From: Anaerolineae bacterium UTCFX1
GTDB lineage: Bacteria; Chloroflexota; Anaerolineae; Anaerolineales; Villigracilaceae
Assembly: GCA_002050275.1 (NCBI GenBank)
Contig: MWTB01000027.1
Coordinates: forward strand, 17,225 to 81,224
Length of the DNA stretch: 64,000 nt
Direction: 5' to 3'
Each line of letters starts with the position of its first letter. Position 1 is the stretch's first letter. The position numbers and the translations under genes are program-made. Positions 7,900 through 17,318 of the stretch are shown piece by piece. The notes beneath the pieces were generated by a model, which did not search any database, was not told the DNA's origin, and was given only the letters and a program-made list of their open reading frames with translations.

Positions 7900-8349
7900 T
7901 TATGGATAGTTGGCGTAAATTTCCTGCGTCCCATCGGCGTAGAACAAGATCACATTAAAAGGTTCGGCTTCTACGCCGGCAACCTCCATACCGGGCGAGC
8001 CAATAGGCATTCCGCCGACGGCTATCCCAAGCGCGGCGGGTTGTTCTTGTAGCAGGCGTTTGATCTCTCTAACGGGAACATGTCCCTCGATCACATAGCC
8101 GTCTACGATAGCGGTATGGCAGGATTGAAGTTCAATGGGAACATGATATTTAACTTTGACGGGAGACATATCTCGCATATTTTCTTCCGTTGGCTTAAAC
8201 CCGTTGTCTGCGACGTAGTCAGCCCAGGCGCCGCAACAGCCGCAAGTGGGCGAGCGATAAATCGTGATGGGAATCCCGTCTGCGGTTTGGCTTGCACAAG
8301 CGCTCAACAAAACGGCAAGCGCAGCCAGCAGGCTGTAAAACTTTTTCAT
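7900..8349 (-). CDS. copG: DUF411/CopG-family periplasmic copper-binding lipoprotein
   Basis: Lipoprotein signal LLSAC. It carries the diagnostic SPTCGCCGAW (CxCC) motif, plus CHT and the MPIGSPGME motif typical of DUF411. AGGAG SD is present. Confidence 0.85.
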   Translation of the reverse strand: MKKFYSLLAALAVLLSACASQTADGIPITIYRSPTCGCCGAWADYVADNGFKPTEENMRDMSPVKVKYHVPIELQSCHTAIVDGYVIEGHVPVREIKRLLQEQPAALGIAVGGMPIGSPGMEVAGVEAEPFNVILFYADGTQEIYANYP

Positions 8350-8370
8350 ATCAACTCCTTGATCGTTATT

Positions 8371-9246
8371 TCAACTTAATAGAAATCCCACTCCGCTTCC
8401 AAGCGCGAAGAGTATAAACGTTAGTAAGGCGTTTGCTTGCGCAGGGATGATTTGAGCGGTTGTTTCTGGGTTCGCAAGCAATCGCTTAGACGCGGAAAAG
8501 GCTGGAACGACGGCGATTAGCCCCAGCCAGAGCGCGGGGGAAAATTGTAGAAGCGGCAGAAGCAGCGCAATCAGGAATGCGACCGCCATGATAGCGACGA
8601 ATAATCGGCTTGCAGGCTTTCTTCCCAAGAGCACCACGAGCGTTTGTTTCCCGGCGGTTTGATCTGCGTGAAAATCAGGGAATTCGTTGATAATCAGAAA
8701 CGCCGCGATGAAGACGCCCAGCAAAGCGGCGACCGAGATGATCGCAGACGATACGGTTCCGCGCTGGACGAGATACGTCCCCGCGCCGATCAGCGGCCCG
8801 TAGGACGCAGCAACTGCTAATTCGCCCATTCCGCGATATGATAGTTTCAAAGGCGGAGCATGATAGAAGAAAGCGAGCGCTATGCCGATAATTCCCAGCC
8901 ACAAAACGGACGGCTCTCGTTTGAGAAGGATAATGAGCCCTGTAATGCCGCCGATCGCATAACCAGCCAACGCAATGCCAGCCGTCTGACGTTTCGTCAA
9001 TAACTTGTCTACAAGGACGCGTTTGCCGCCCGAAAAGGGAGAGCGATCTTCGGGCATAACCGCTTGATCGTTCCCGCTGTTCCAATCGAATATTTCGCCG
9101 GAAGCGTTTTTAGCGATCTCGATGGCGAAGATTCCGATAAGCGTCGCTGCCAACCATCCGAAATGAAGCGTTCCATCTGACGCCGCCGCGCACGCGCCCA
9201 GAAATATAGACGCAAAAGACGCCAGAGAGATTTTCGGATCTGCCAA
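8371..9246 (-). CDS. UbiA/MenA-like polyprenyltransferase (N-terminus uncertain)
   Basis: Polytopic protein. Second Asp-rich motif is NEFPDFHAD. The first motif is the variant NASGEIFD (Glu in place of Asp). The frame is open upstream to 9315 with no ATG/GTG/TTG. AAGGAG at 9289-9294 sits 6 nt before ATA 9282, so the true start may be non-canonical. Confidence 0.75.
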   Translation of the reverse strand: MADPKISLASFASIFLGACAAASDGTLHFGWLAATLIGIFAIEIAKNASGEIFDWNSGNDQAVMPEDRSPFSGGKRVLVDKLLTKRQTAGIALAGYAIGGITGLIILLKREPSVLWLGIIGIALAFFYHAPPLKLSYRGMGELAVAASYGPLIGAGTYLVQRGTVSSAIISVAALLGVFIAAFLIINEFPDFHADQTAGKQTLVVLLGRKPASRLFVAIMAVAFLIALLLPLLQFSPALWLGLIAVVPAFSASKRLLANPETTAQIIPAQANALLTFILFALGSGVGFLLS

Positions 9247-9496
9247 CCTCCAGAACCCTTGCCAAAATGTAGATTTTATTATTGTCTTCTCCTTGTGAGA
9301 AAGAATCCCCGCATTCTAAGCGGACTTCGCAGCGAGGCCTTTTGAAAAACACGATGTTCATCGAAATGATAAATCTAACGATGGAAAACAATCTTCAATA
9401 ACGCAGGCGTAAATATTGTGGAGCGGAAAAGATCTTCCTCTGCTTGCGCGTAAGTTATGAATAGGATGAAGGAACGTTAGGCGATGACGCGACGTT

Positions 9497-10510
9497 TCAC
9501 ATCAGAAATTTACGGATCAATGTATCCGCCAACAACCCCAATAAGAAATAGGAACCGAAAGCGCGATTATACACAAACGATAGCGGGGCGAAGTATAGGG
9601 GCCAGCCGCCCTGTCCTTCGGGAAAATCTGCGGGACGTTCGGCGGGTTTGGGCTTAAGGAAGGCTGGAACAACTTGTCGTAAGCTGGGCAACGCCAACAG
9701 CGTGACTAGAAGCACGGGCGAGAAGACTTTGCTCCCAATCAGGTGAAAGATGATCAAATAGGGAAATATCATCATCCCAATGACCATGTAACGCGACGCT
9801 TTCTCGCCGATAACGACCGGCAGGGTGTGAATTCGTTTTTCTCGATCGATCGCAAGTTTGTCAATGTGCTTACCGAAGATAACCGTCGTTACGCCGAAAG
9901 CGTAGATTGAGCCGATGAGCGCCGCGTTCCAACTCCAAGCGCCGGTGATAACGTAATGACCGCCGCCGACCATGAGCGGACCCCAAACAAGGAAAACAGC
10001 GATCTCTCCAAGGGCGATATATTTCAAGGGCCAGGTGTAGAAGAGGAGTAAAAATGCGCCCGCACCCAATAGGAACCACGCTTGCGGCGCATAGCTGTTG
10101 CGCGCCATGAGGTAGAGTCCACAGACGAATGCGAGCGCGACCGTGAAGATAAAATAGGCGAGATGTTGTCGTTTTGTGAGAAGGTGGTTTTCAAGCGGAT
10201 GCGGACCGTACATAGTGCGAAAGTAATTCTTTTGGTCTACGCCGCGCGCATGGTCCACATAATCATTTAGGAGGTTATTGCTGGCGTGCGCCAAGACCAA
10301 ACCCAGCGTTACCGCGATCCAGGCGGAGAAATTGAACGAGGAGTCGCGCCAGGCTAACAGTCCCGCGAGAGCCGCAGACAGCACAGTCATCACAAGCACC
10401 GCCGCACGTGTCGAGATCAGCCAGCGTGAAATTGCGTCAAGCTGATCCCATTCTTCTTTTGAGACGTTTGGAATTACTGTAAGAGCCTTGCGCCACATGG
10501 ATACGTTCAT
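9497..10510 (-). CDS. UbiA/MenA-like polyprenyltransferase, long form (paralog of 18300..19355)
   Basis: NNLLNDYVDHARGVD matches the NxxxDxxD motif of MenA, and the second motif is HIDKLAID. The protein is polytopic. Start moved to ATG 10510 (MNVSMWRK) by alignment with the paralog. This also removes the overlap with the rrf2 gene. Confidence 0.8.
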   Translation of the reverse strand: MNVSMWRKALTVIPNVSKEEWDQLDAISRWLISTRAAVLVMTVLSAALAGLLAWRDSSFNFSAWIAVTLGLVLAHASNNLLNDYVDHARGVDQKNYFRTMYGPHPLENHLLTKRQHLAYFIFTVALAFVCGLYLMARNSYAPQAWFLLGAGAFLLLFYTWPLKYIALGEIAVFLVWGPLMVGGGHYVITGAWSWNAALIGSIYAFGVTTVIFGKHIDKLAIDREKRIHTLPVVIGEKASRYMVIGMMIFPYLIIFHLIGSKVFSPVLLVTLLALPSLRQVVPAFLKPKPAERPADFPEGQGGWPLYFAPLSFVYNRAFGSYFLLGLLADTLIRKFLM

Positions 10511-10535
10511 GAATCGTCCTTTTCTGCTGATTTGA

Positions 10536-10931
10536 TTAAATGAATTGCGCAAATGTTGTGTTGCGTAATTGCGTCGTTAGGGCGTCTTGTGCTTCGCGCC
10601 AAACAAGTTGCATGGCGCAGTTTTCTTCGAGCGCGCACAGACCGACTCGGTCAACGCAGACGTTGAGTTGAACGGGCCCGTCAATTGCTTCGATGACTTC
10701 GAGCATGGTGATTTGGCTGGGATCGCGCGCGAGAGCGATGCCTCCTCGCGCGCCGCGAGAGGTGTGGAGGAGCCCCGCAATTGAGAGTTGCGAGATGATT
10801 TTCGCTAGAAACGAAGAGGGAATGCATTGCGCTTTTGCGATCTGACTGGTGGAGATGCGCTTACCTTGGCTGGCGCGCGTAAGGTGTAAGATCGCCCGCA
10901 AAGCGTAATCGGCTTGACGTGTAATTTGCAT
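10536..10931 (-). CDS. Rrf2-family transcriptional regulator with a Cys triad (possible Fe-S sensor)
   Basis: MQITRQADYALRAILHL...SSFLAKIISQL...TSRGARGG is a typical Rrf2 wHTH. CVDRVGLCALEENC gives C-x7-C-x5-C spacing as in IscR/NsrR. Start set at ATG 10931. Confidence 0.88.
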   Translation of the reverse strand: MQITRQADYALRAILHLTRASQGKRISTSQIAKAQCIPSSFLAKIISQLSIAGLLHTSRGARGGIALARDPSQITMLEVIEAIDGPVQLNVCVDRVGLCALEENCAMQLVWREAQDALTTQLRNTTFAQFI

Positions 10932-11102
10932 GTCTGCCTTTCTCTCATTTTGGCATGAGTTGCTCAACCTGTGTGAAGGTTTGAGCCTTGTTTGACGATA
11001 ATTCGGACAATTAACGTCCTTGATGCGTAGTGTATGGAAGAATGGAATAGTAGAGAAGTGATGGATGTCATCAATGTAGAGGAAGAATCGCGTTTGGTAG
11101 GC

Positions 11103-11131
11103 TTGACAAGCGACTGACAGCGCGATATAGT
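11103..11131 (+). promoter_or_regulatory. Sigma-70-type promoter of the csoR-cop operon
   Basis: TTGACA (11103-11108), a 17-nt spacer, then TATAGT (11126-11131), read directly from the sequence. Confidence 0.7.
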
Positions 11132-11166
11132 ATCCCTACCCCCTAGGGGGGGGGTAGAAGCGGGAT
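11132..11166. promoter_or_regulatory. CsoR-type operator (C-tract/G-tract inverted repeat) overlapping the transcription start
   Basis: Sequence is ATCCC TACCCCC TA GGGGGGGGG TA gaagc GGGAT. The inner TACCCCC..GGGGG..TA resembles the pseudo-palindromic C/G-tract operators known for CsoR at copZA-type promoters. The outer ATCCC/GGGAT arms extend the dyad. Confidence 0.7.
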
Positions 11167-11198
11167 AGAATCCGCTGTCAAAGAAGAAAGAGGAACAT

Positions 11199-11468
11199 GT
11201 GGACACGAAGGCTACGCTCCGACGTTTGAGAACGGTTGAAGGGCATTTACGCGGCATTATTCGTATGGTCGAAGAAGACGCGTATTGCATTGACATAATT
11301 CGTCAGATTCAAGCGGTGGATGGGGCATTGAGTAAGGTTAGCGGTCAGATCCTTGAAAACCACTTAAATTCATGCGTCATTACTGCGATTCAAGGGAATG
11401 ACAAGGAGGAGCGCCAGCGCGTATTGAAAGAAATTGCCGAAGTGTTTGATATGTCTACAAAAGTGTAG
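11199..11468 (+). CDS. csoR: CsoR-family copper-sensing transcriptional repressor
   Basis: RLRTVEGHLRGIIRMVEED.YCIDIIRQI.AV..AL is the CsoR/RcnR fold. The C-H-C ligand set is present (YC...HLNSC). GTG start with AGAGGAA SD. Confidence 0.9.
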   Translation: MDTKATLRRLRTVEGHLRGIIRMVEEDAYCIDIIRQIQAVDGALSKVSGQILENHLNSCVITAIQGNDKEERQRVLKEIAEVFDMSTKV

Positions 11469-11560
11469 CGCAGCTTGTGCGTAAAAAGTAGGATTTATCT
11501 GCGAATGGATAATTCCGCAGTTAATCGCAGGAAATTTTAATAACCCTAAAGGAGAAAACT

Positions 11561-11779
11561 ATGACTACCGTTACTTATTCCGTTCCCGCCATGCATTGTA
11601 ATCATTGCACGCACACTATTGAAATGGAAGTGGGCGAGTTGGCTGGCGTGCAATCTGTTAAGGCGAATCTCGATGCGAGAAAGGTTGAGATTATGTTCGA
11701 CGCTCCCGCTGACGAAACGCAGATCAAGGCGTTGTTGGCTGAACTGAATTACCCGGCGGAAGGGCTGATCACTCTGTAA
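11561..11779 (+). CDS. copZ: Heavy-metal-associated (HMA) copper chaperone
   Basis: 72 aa with an MHCNHC (MxCxxC) motif and betaalphabetabetaalphabeta-type length. AAGGAG SD. Confidence 0.9.
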   Translation: MTTVTYSVPAMHCNHCTHTIEMEVGELAGVQSVKANLDARKVEIMFDAPADETQIKALLAELNYPAEGLITL

Positions 11780-11820
11780 AAAAGGGATAAATATCCCCTT
11801 GTTGTTTTGTAAGAGGCATA

Positions 11821-13938
11821 ATGAACGACGCCCACAAAACGCATAAAGACTATCATCATGAAGAGATGAAACACGATTCGCATGCGCAGCCAGATGTGAA
11901 GCCGTCTCATTCCGCCCACTTGGGACACGAAATGCACGATTCGGCTTCTGCACAAAATAAACATGCGAGCCATACAGATCATAGCGGACATGAAGACATG
12001 TTCCGCAAACGGTTCTGGGTCTCGTTGTTGTTGAGCATTCCTGTTTTGCTTTACACGCCCATGCTCCAGATGTGGTTCGGGTTCAAAATGCCTGAATTCA
12101 TGGGCAGTCAGTGGGTGGCGGCGCTGTTCGCCGTGATCGTTTTCATCTATGGCGGCGTGCCGTTCATTCAAATGGCTCTCCCAGAGATTCGCAACCGCCA
12201 GCCTGGCATGATGCTGTTGATCTCGCTGGCGATCTCGGTCTCGTTTGTGTACAGCCTCGCCGCGTTGTTCTTCAACTTGGGTGAAGGGTTCTTCTGGGAA
12301 CTGGTCACGCTGATTGACATCATGCTCTTGGGGCATTGGATCGAGATGCGCAGTGTCCGTCAGGCTTCGGGCGCGTTGAACGCGTTGGCAAAGTTGATGC
12401 CCGACACAGCCGAACACATCATGCCCGACGGCAGTGTCCACACGATGCCAGCCTCTTCGTTGAAGTTGAATGATCTCGTGCTTGTCCGCCCTGGGGCGAG
12501 TATCCCTGCCGATGGTGTGGTGGCAGACGGCGAGTCTGATGTGAACGAAGCGATGATCACGGGCGAGTCGCTTCCTGTGAAAAAAACTGTCGGCGCGAAA
12601 GTGATCGCGGGCAGTATCAACCAAGATGGAAGTCTGCGCGTCCGCGTATCAGCCATCGGAGAACAAACCGCGCTGGCTGGCATCATGCGCCTGGTTCGTG
12701 ATGCGCAACAAAGTAAATCGAACACGCAAATATTAGCCGATAAAGCGGCGGGTTGGCTTTTCTATCTCGCCATCGGCGTTGCCGCGCTCACTGCTATTTT
12801 ATGGACGATCGCTCTGGGCTTCGACCTCTTCACGTTGGAGCGCGTTGTCACCGTGTTGGTGATTGCGTGTCCGCACGCGCTGGGGCTGGCTGTCCCGCTC
12901 GTCGTGGCGATCAGCACCACGTCCGCCGCGCAGAACGGGATCTTAGTCCGCAACCGTTTGGCGCTCGAAGCCGCGCGTGAAATTGACGTGGTGATCTTCG
13001 ACAAAACTGGCACGCTCACGAAAGGCGAACAGGGCGTGGTTGCCGTCAAAACCAACGGCGTGGATGAAGACCACGCTCTTGCCCTCACCGCAGCTGTTGA
13101 GGCGGACTCGGAGCACATCATCGCCCGCGCGATCCGCGATGCGGCGAAAGAGAAAAATTTGCAACTGCCAGTCGTCTCCGATTTTGAAGCCATCAAGGGA
13201 CGCGGCATCCGCGCCAAACACAACGGGAAGGATTTGTGGGTGGGCGGTCCGCGCCTGTTGGAGATGCTCGACATTCAACCCGATTCGGCAATTTCGGAAT
13301 TCGCTTCTTCCTCAGGGACAAAGGGTCAGACCGTCGTCTATCTGATCGTTGATGGGAAGATTTTCGCCGCGCTTGCATTGGCAGATGTGATTCGTCCTGA
13401 AAGTTACGAAGCCATCAAAAAACTTAATGAGATGAACGTGCAAGTCGCCATGCTGACGGGTGACAGCAAAGATGTCGCCAAAGCCGTCGCCGATGAACTT
13501 GGAATCAAATTGTATTTTGCCGAAGTATTGCCTGAACATAAAGATGAAAAAGTGATCGAACTTCAGAAGCAAGGAAAGAAAGTTGCCATGGTCGGCGATG
13601 GTGTCAACGATGCGCCCGCTCTCACTCGCGCCGACGTAGGCATTGCAATCGGCAGTGGCACCGACGTGGCTGTTGAATCCGCTGGGATCATCTTGGTGAA
13701 AAGTAATCCGTTGGATGTGGTCAAGATATTCAAATTGAGCCGCGCCAGTTACAACAAAATGATCCAAAACCTGATCTGGGCGTCGGGCTACAACGTTGTT
13801 GCTTTGCCGTTAGCCGCAGGCATCCTTGCCTCGGCTGGGATATTGCTTTCGCCAGCCGTAGGCGCACTGTTGATGTCGGTGAGCACCATCGTCGTGGCGA
13901 TCAACGCCCAATTACTGCGGCGCGTAAATTTAAATTAA
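11821..13938 (+). CDS. copB: P1B-type copper ATPase, CopB-like (His-rich N-terminus, CPH motif)
   Basis: The first 60 aa are His-rich and there is no HMA domain. The TM6 motif is [12 protein letters not shown] (CPH). DKTGTLT, MLTGD and [10 protein letters not shown]-type signatures are present. Confidence 0.92.
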   Translation: MNDAHKTHKDYHHEEMKHDSHAQPDVKPSHSAHLGHEMHDSASAQNKHASHTDHSGHEDMFRKRFWVSLLLSIPVLLYTPMLQMWFGFKMPEFMGSQWVAALFAVIVFIYGGVPFIQMALPEIRNRQPGMMLLISLAISVSFVYSLAALFFNLGEGFFWELVTLIDIMLLGHWIEMRSVRQASGALNALAKLMPDTAEHIMPDGSVHTMPASSLKLNDLVLVRPGASIPADGVVADGESDVNEAMITGESLPVKKTVGAKVIAGSINQDGSLRVRVSAIGEQTALAGIMRLVRDAQQSKSNTQILADKAAGWLFYLAIGVAALTAILWTIALGFDLFTLERVVTVLVIACPHALGLAVPLVVAISTTSAAQNGILVRNRLALEAAREIDVVIFDKTGTLTKGEQGVVAVKTNGVDEDHALALTAAVEADSEHIIARAIRDAAKEKNLQLPVVSDFEAIKGRGIRAKHNGKDLWVGGPRLLEMLDIQPDSAISEFASSSGTKGQTVVYLIVDGKIFAALALADVIRPESYEAIKKLNEMNVQVAMLTGDSKDVAKAVADELGIKLYFAEVLPEHKDEKVIELQKQGKKVAMVGDGVNDAPALTRADVGIAIGSGTDVAVESAGIILVKSNPLDVVKIFKLSRASYNKMIQNLIWASGYNVVALPLAAGILASAGILLSPAVGALLMSVSTIVVAINAQLLRRVNLN

Positions 13939-13960
13939 CAACAGAAATAAGGAGTAAAGT

Positions 13961-14131
13961 ATGACAACAACTACAGTGCATGATCCTGTTTGCCACATGG
14001 ATATTGACCCTGAAACTGCCGCTGGCGCCTCCGAGTACAAAGGACAGACTTATTATTTTTGTTCGCTTGGCTGCAAGAAATCTTTCGAAAAAGATCCTGA
14101 GAAATATTTGAATAACAGCGAACAGGCTTAA
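13961..14131 (+). CDS. YHS/TRASH-domain small metal-binding protein (56 aa, absent from the ORF track)
   Basis: Translated by hand: MTTTTVHDPVCHMDIDPETAAGASEYKGQTYYFCSLGCKKSFEKDPEKYLNNSEQA. It shows the YHS pattern DPVC.M.......Y.G..YYFCS..C...F..DP..Y. AAGGAG SD lies 7 nt upstream, and the ORF begins 22 nt after the copB stop. Confidence 0.85.
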   Translation: MTTTTVHDPVCHMDIDPETAAGASEYKGQTYYFCSLGCKKSFEKDPEKYLNNSEQA

Positions 14132-14391
14132 CACCACGCCGCGCCTCTGTTATGGCTGGGAGCGTGGAAGAGCTGCTTGATAAACAGCAAGCCGCGACCG
14201 CAAAAACGGCATGTGAAGAAAGGCTGACAGGTCCCGCGAGCTATTCGGGCGCGATGCATCGTGGCGAGCGAATATATTTTTATACGGATATTTATTTGCG
14301 CGTTTCCGAACAAAAACCCGCCGCGTTTTTATGGCAGGCGAGATTGAGCATCCCTTGAATGAAGATTGAACGAATGTAGAAAGCAAATACC

Positions 14392-16815
14392 ATGACCGAT
14401 ACAAAACAACTTACCCTTCCTATCACAGGTATGACCTGCGCCAACTGCGTCGCGACAGTAGAGCGCAACCTTAAGAAATTAGACGGCGTACAGACCGCCG
14501 TTGTTAACTTATCGTCTGAGCGTGCAACGGTGGACTTTGACGCGACAAAGCTGGCGTTGCCTGATTTTATCGCGCGCGTTAATCGCGCAGGATACGGCGT
14601 AGCGACGGGCGAAGCGGACCTCGTGATTAAGCGCATCGCAGACGATAATGATGCACGCCGACTCGAAGCGGCGTTGCTCAAATTGGACGGCGCGCTCGAA
14701 GCGCAAGCATCGTACGCCAGTGGAAAGGCGCGCGTCAAATATGTTCCAACCATTGTCAGCCAATCGGAGATTCGGGCGGCGGTGACGCAGGCGGGTTTTG
14801 AGGCGATGGAACTTGGCGGAGACGCCGAAGATGCTGAAGCCATTGCGCGTGAGCATGAAGTTAATGAACAGTTTCGGATGTTCGTTATCGGTTTAATCTT
14901 TACCGCGCCGTTGTTCGTCTTTTCCATGCTGCGCGATTTCAATTTATTGGGGCATTGGGCGCACGCGCCCTGGGCGAATTATGCGATGATGATCGTCGCT
15001 GCGCCGGTTCAGTTCTATGTGGGCTGGCAGTATTACGTCGGCGCGTACAAATCTTTGCGCAACGGTTCCGCCAATATGGACGTCCTTGTTGCGATGGGCT
15101 CTACGGTCGCCTACGTTTATTCCATATTTATTGCCTTCGGAATAATTCCAGGACATGTCTATTTCGAGACTGCCGCAGTGATCATCACGTTGATCCGGCT
15201 TGGAAAATATTTGGAAGCGCGCGCCAAAGGACGCACCTCTGAAGCGATCAAGAAGTTGATGGGTCTTCGCGCTAAAACAGCGCGCGTCATTCACAATGGG
15301 GAGGAAGTTTCCGTTCCGGTGGACGATGTTCGCGTCGGCAACGTCGTCCTTGTGAAGCCCGGTGAGATGATACCGGTAGACGGCGTGGTCATCGAAGGAA
15401 AATCCAGCGTGGACGAATCCATGCTGACAGGCGAGTCGTTGCCGGTGGAAAAAAAGCCAGGCGACGCAGTCGTTGGCGCGACGTTGAACAAACTTGGATT
15501 GCTGAAATTCGAGGCGACGAAAGTCGGTAAAGAGACCGCGTTGGCGCGCATTATCAAGCTTGTGGAAGATGCGCAAGGCAGTAAGGCGCCGATTCAAAGA
15601 CTTGCCGATCAAGTTTCCGCTGTGTTCGTACCAGTGGTAATCGTCATCGCCGCGCTGACCTTTGCAGGTTGGTATTTCCTCGGCGCTCCGGGCGACCTGA
15701 CTCGCGCACTAATCAATATGGTCGCCGTGCTCGTAATTGCATGTCCATGCGCGATGGGGCTTGCCACGCCTACGGCGGTGATGGTAGGGACGGGCAAAGG
15801 CGCGGAGATGGGCGTGCTGTTCAGAAATAGCGAGGCGTTGGAGCGCGCGGGAAAAGTGAACATTGTGGCGCTGGATAAAACTGGAACGCTTACAAAGGGC
15901 CAGCCTGCCGTGACGGATATTGTGTCTGCCGGTGCGGATTGGAACGAAGATAAAATCCTCTATATGGCGGCTTCCGCAGAAACAGGCAGCGAACACGGAT
16001 TAGGCGAGTCTATCGTAGCCGCTGCAACCGCGCGCGATATTCGGCTGAGCGAAGCGTCGGATTTTAAAGCGTTGACCGGTATGGGCATTTCGGCAAGCGT
16101 GGACGGTCGGCGAGTCCTGATCGGCAACCTGCGCTTGATGAACGCGGAAGATATTTTCGTCCAGGACATTCACGCGGAGATGGAGCGGCTTCAGACGGAG
16201 GCGAAAACCCCAATGATCGTTGCCGTAGACAATGAGGTCGCAGGCGTGGTCGCCGTGGCGGATACGTTAAAAGAACATTCAAAAGACGCGATTGGCGAAT
16301 TGCATCGCATGGGTTTGAAGGTGGCGATGATCACGGGCGACAACCATAAGACGGCTGAAGCGATTGCAAAACAGGTGGGCATTGACCGAACGCTAGCAGA
16401 GGTGTTGCCGGAAGGGAAGGCAGACGAAGTAAAGAAATTGCAAACAATGGACAATGGTCAACGCTCTGCGATCTCTGTAGTTGCCATGGTTGGCGACGGC
16501 ATCAATGATGCACCGGCGCTCGCTCAGGCGGACGTTGGCATCGCGATCGGCACAGGAACGGACGTTGCCATGGCGGCGGCGCCTGTGACTTTGATGAGCG
16601 GCGACTTGCGCGGCATAGCGAAAGCAATCCGCTTATCGAGAAAGACATTATCAACGATCAAACAAAACTTGTTCTGGGCGTTCTTCTATAACGTGATCCT
16701 AATTCCCGCCGCCGCACTGGGTTGGTTGAACCCAATGCTCGCCGCCGGCGCGATGGCTTTTAGCAGCGTCTTTGTTGTGACGAATAGTTTGAGGCTAAAA
16801 TCGTATACAGGTTAA
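14392..16815 (+). CDS. copA: P1B-1 copper-exporting ATPase CopA (CPC motif)
   Basis: The N-terminal HMA carries GMTCANC. A second HMA-like repeat lacks CxxC (IADDND). [12 protein letters not shown] (CPC), DKTGTLT, ITGD and VGDGINDAP are present. Confidence 0.95.
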   Translation: MTDTKQLTLPITGMTCANCVATVERNLKKLDGVQTAVVNLSSERATVDFDATKLALPDFIARVNRAGYGVATGEADLVIKRIADDNDARRLEAALLKLDGALEAQASYASGKARVKYVPTIVSQSEIRAAVTQAGFEAMELGGDAEDAEAIAREHEVNEQFRMFVIGLIFTAPLFVFSMLRDFNLLGHWAHAPWANYAMMIVAAPVQFYVGWQYYVGAYKSLRNGSANMDVLVAMGSTVAYVYSIFIAFGIIPGHVYFETAAVIITLIRLGKYLEARAKGRTSEAIKKLMGLRAKTARVIHNGEEVSVPVDDVRVGNVVLVKPGEMIPVDGVVIEGKSSVDESMLTGESLPVEKKPGDAVVGATLNKLGLLKFEATKVGKETALARIIKLVEDAQGSKAPIQRLADQVSAVFVPVVIVIAALTFAGWYFLGAPGDLTRALINMVAVLVIACPCAMGLATPTAVMVGTGKGAEMGVLFRNSEALERAGKVNIVALDKTGTLTKGQPAVTDIVSAGADWNEDKILYMAASAETGSEHGLGESIVAAATARDIRLSEASDFKALTGMGISASVDGRRVLIGNLRLMNAEDIFVQDIHAEMERLQTEAKTPMIVAVDNEVAGVVAVADTLKEHSKDAIGELHRMGLKVAMITGDNHKTAEAIAKQVGIDRTLAEVLPEGKADEVKKLQTMDNGQRSAISVVAMVGDGINDAPALAQADVGIAIGTGTDVAMAAAPVTLMSGDLRGIAKAIRLSRKTLSTIKQNLFWAFFYNVILIPAAALGWLNPMLAAGAMAFSSVFVVTNSLRLKSYTG

Positions 16816-16824
16816 GTTGACGAT

Positions 16825-16868
16825 GGGAGCGACAGCGTCGTGGGCGACGCTGTCGCTCCCGTTTTTTT
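16825..16868 (+). terminator. Rho-independent terminator of the cop operon
   Basis: GGGAGCGACAGCGTCG tggg CGACGCTGTCGCTCCC followed by T7. That is a perfect 16-bp stem, 10 nt after the copA stop. Confidence 0.9.
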
Positions 16869-16891
16869 GTGCCTGCGTGTATACTTCTGAT

Positions 16892-17275
16892 ATGCCGATT
16901 TATTTCACCCTTGAGGAAGCCAACCGAGCGTTAGAAACGATACGCCCGCTTATCCACGAAGCGATGCTGATTCGCCGCCGAGTTCTCGCCGACCAGCCCG
17001 AAGTTTGGGCGATGATGGAAAAAGCCGCCGGTAACGGCGGCAGCCCGACCTTGAGCAAGATGGTCGTTGATTTTGAGCGCTTCGACGATTTGTTGCATGC
17101 AATTCAAGCCGCTGGCGCGCAGATTAAAGATATCAGCGCGGGACTTATGGATTTTCCCGCGCTTAAAGAGGGACGCGAAGTATGCTTGTGCTGGCGCTAC
17201 GGCGAAACGGATATTGCGTATTGGCATGAAGTTGAGACAGGCTTTGCAGGGCGGCAACCGATTGCGACGTTCTGA
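16892..17275 (+). CDS. DUF2203-family protein
   Basis: MPIYFTLEEANRALETIRP...GLMDFPALKEGREVCLCWRYGE.DIAYWH matches my recollection of the DUF2203 pattern. Start moved to ATG 16892 because the track ORF's N-terminus runs through the terminator hairpin. Confidence 0.7.
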   Translation: MPIYFTLEEANRALETIRPLIHEAMLIRRRVLADQPEVWAMMEKAAGNGGSPTLSKMVVDFERFDDLLHAIQAAGAQIKDISAGLMDFPALKEGREVCLCWRYGETDIAYWHEVETGFAGRQPIATF

Positions 17276-17318
17276 GAATTGTCGCGTTCCTAATTCTAGA
17301 TTTTCGTAAGGACACTTA

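Noticed and set aside
14132-14391. The 260-nt gap between the YHS ORF and copA, including the 68-aa ORF 14152..14358. I considered a second promoter/CsoR box or a small gene here.
   Set aside because: I could find no C/G-tract dyad like the one at 11132-11166, no SD-preceded start and no convincing hairpin. The 68-aa translation has no recognisable features. The gap is left unannotated; it may hold an internal promoter that I cannot see.
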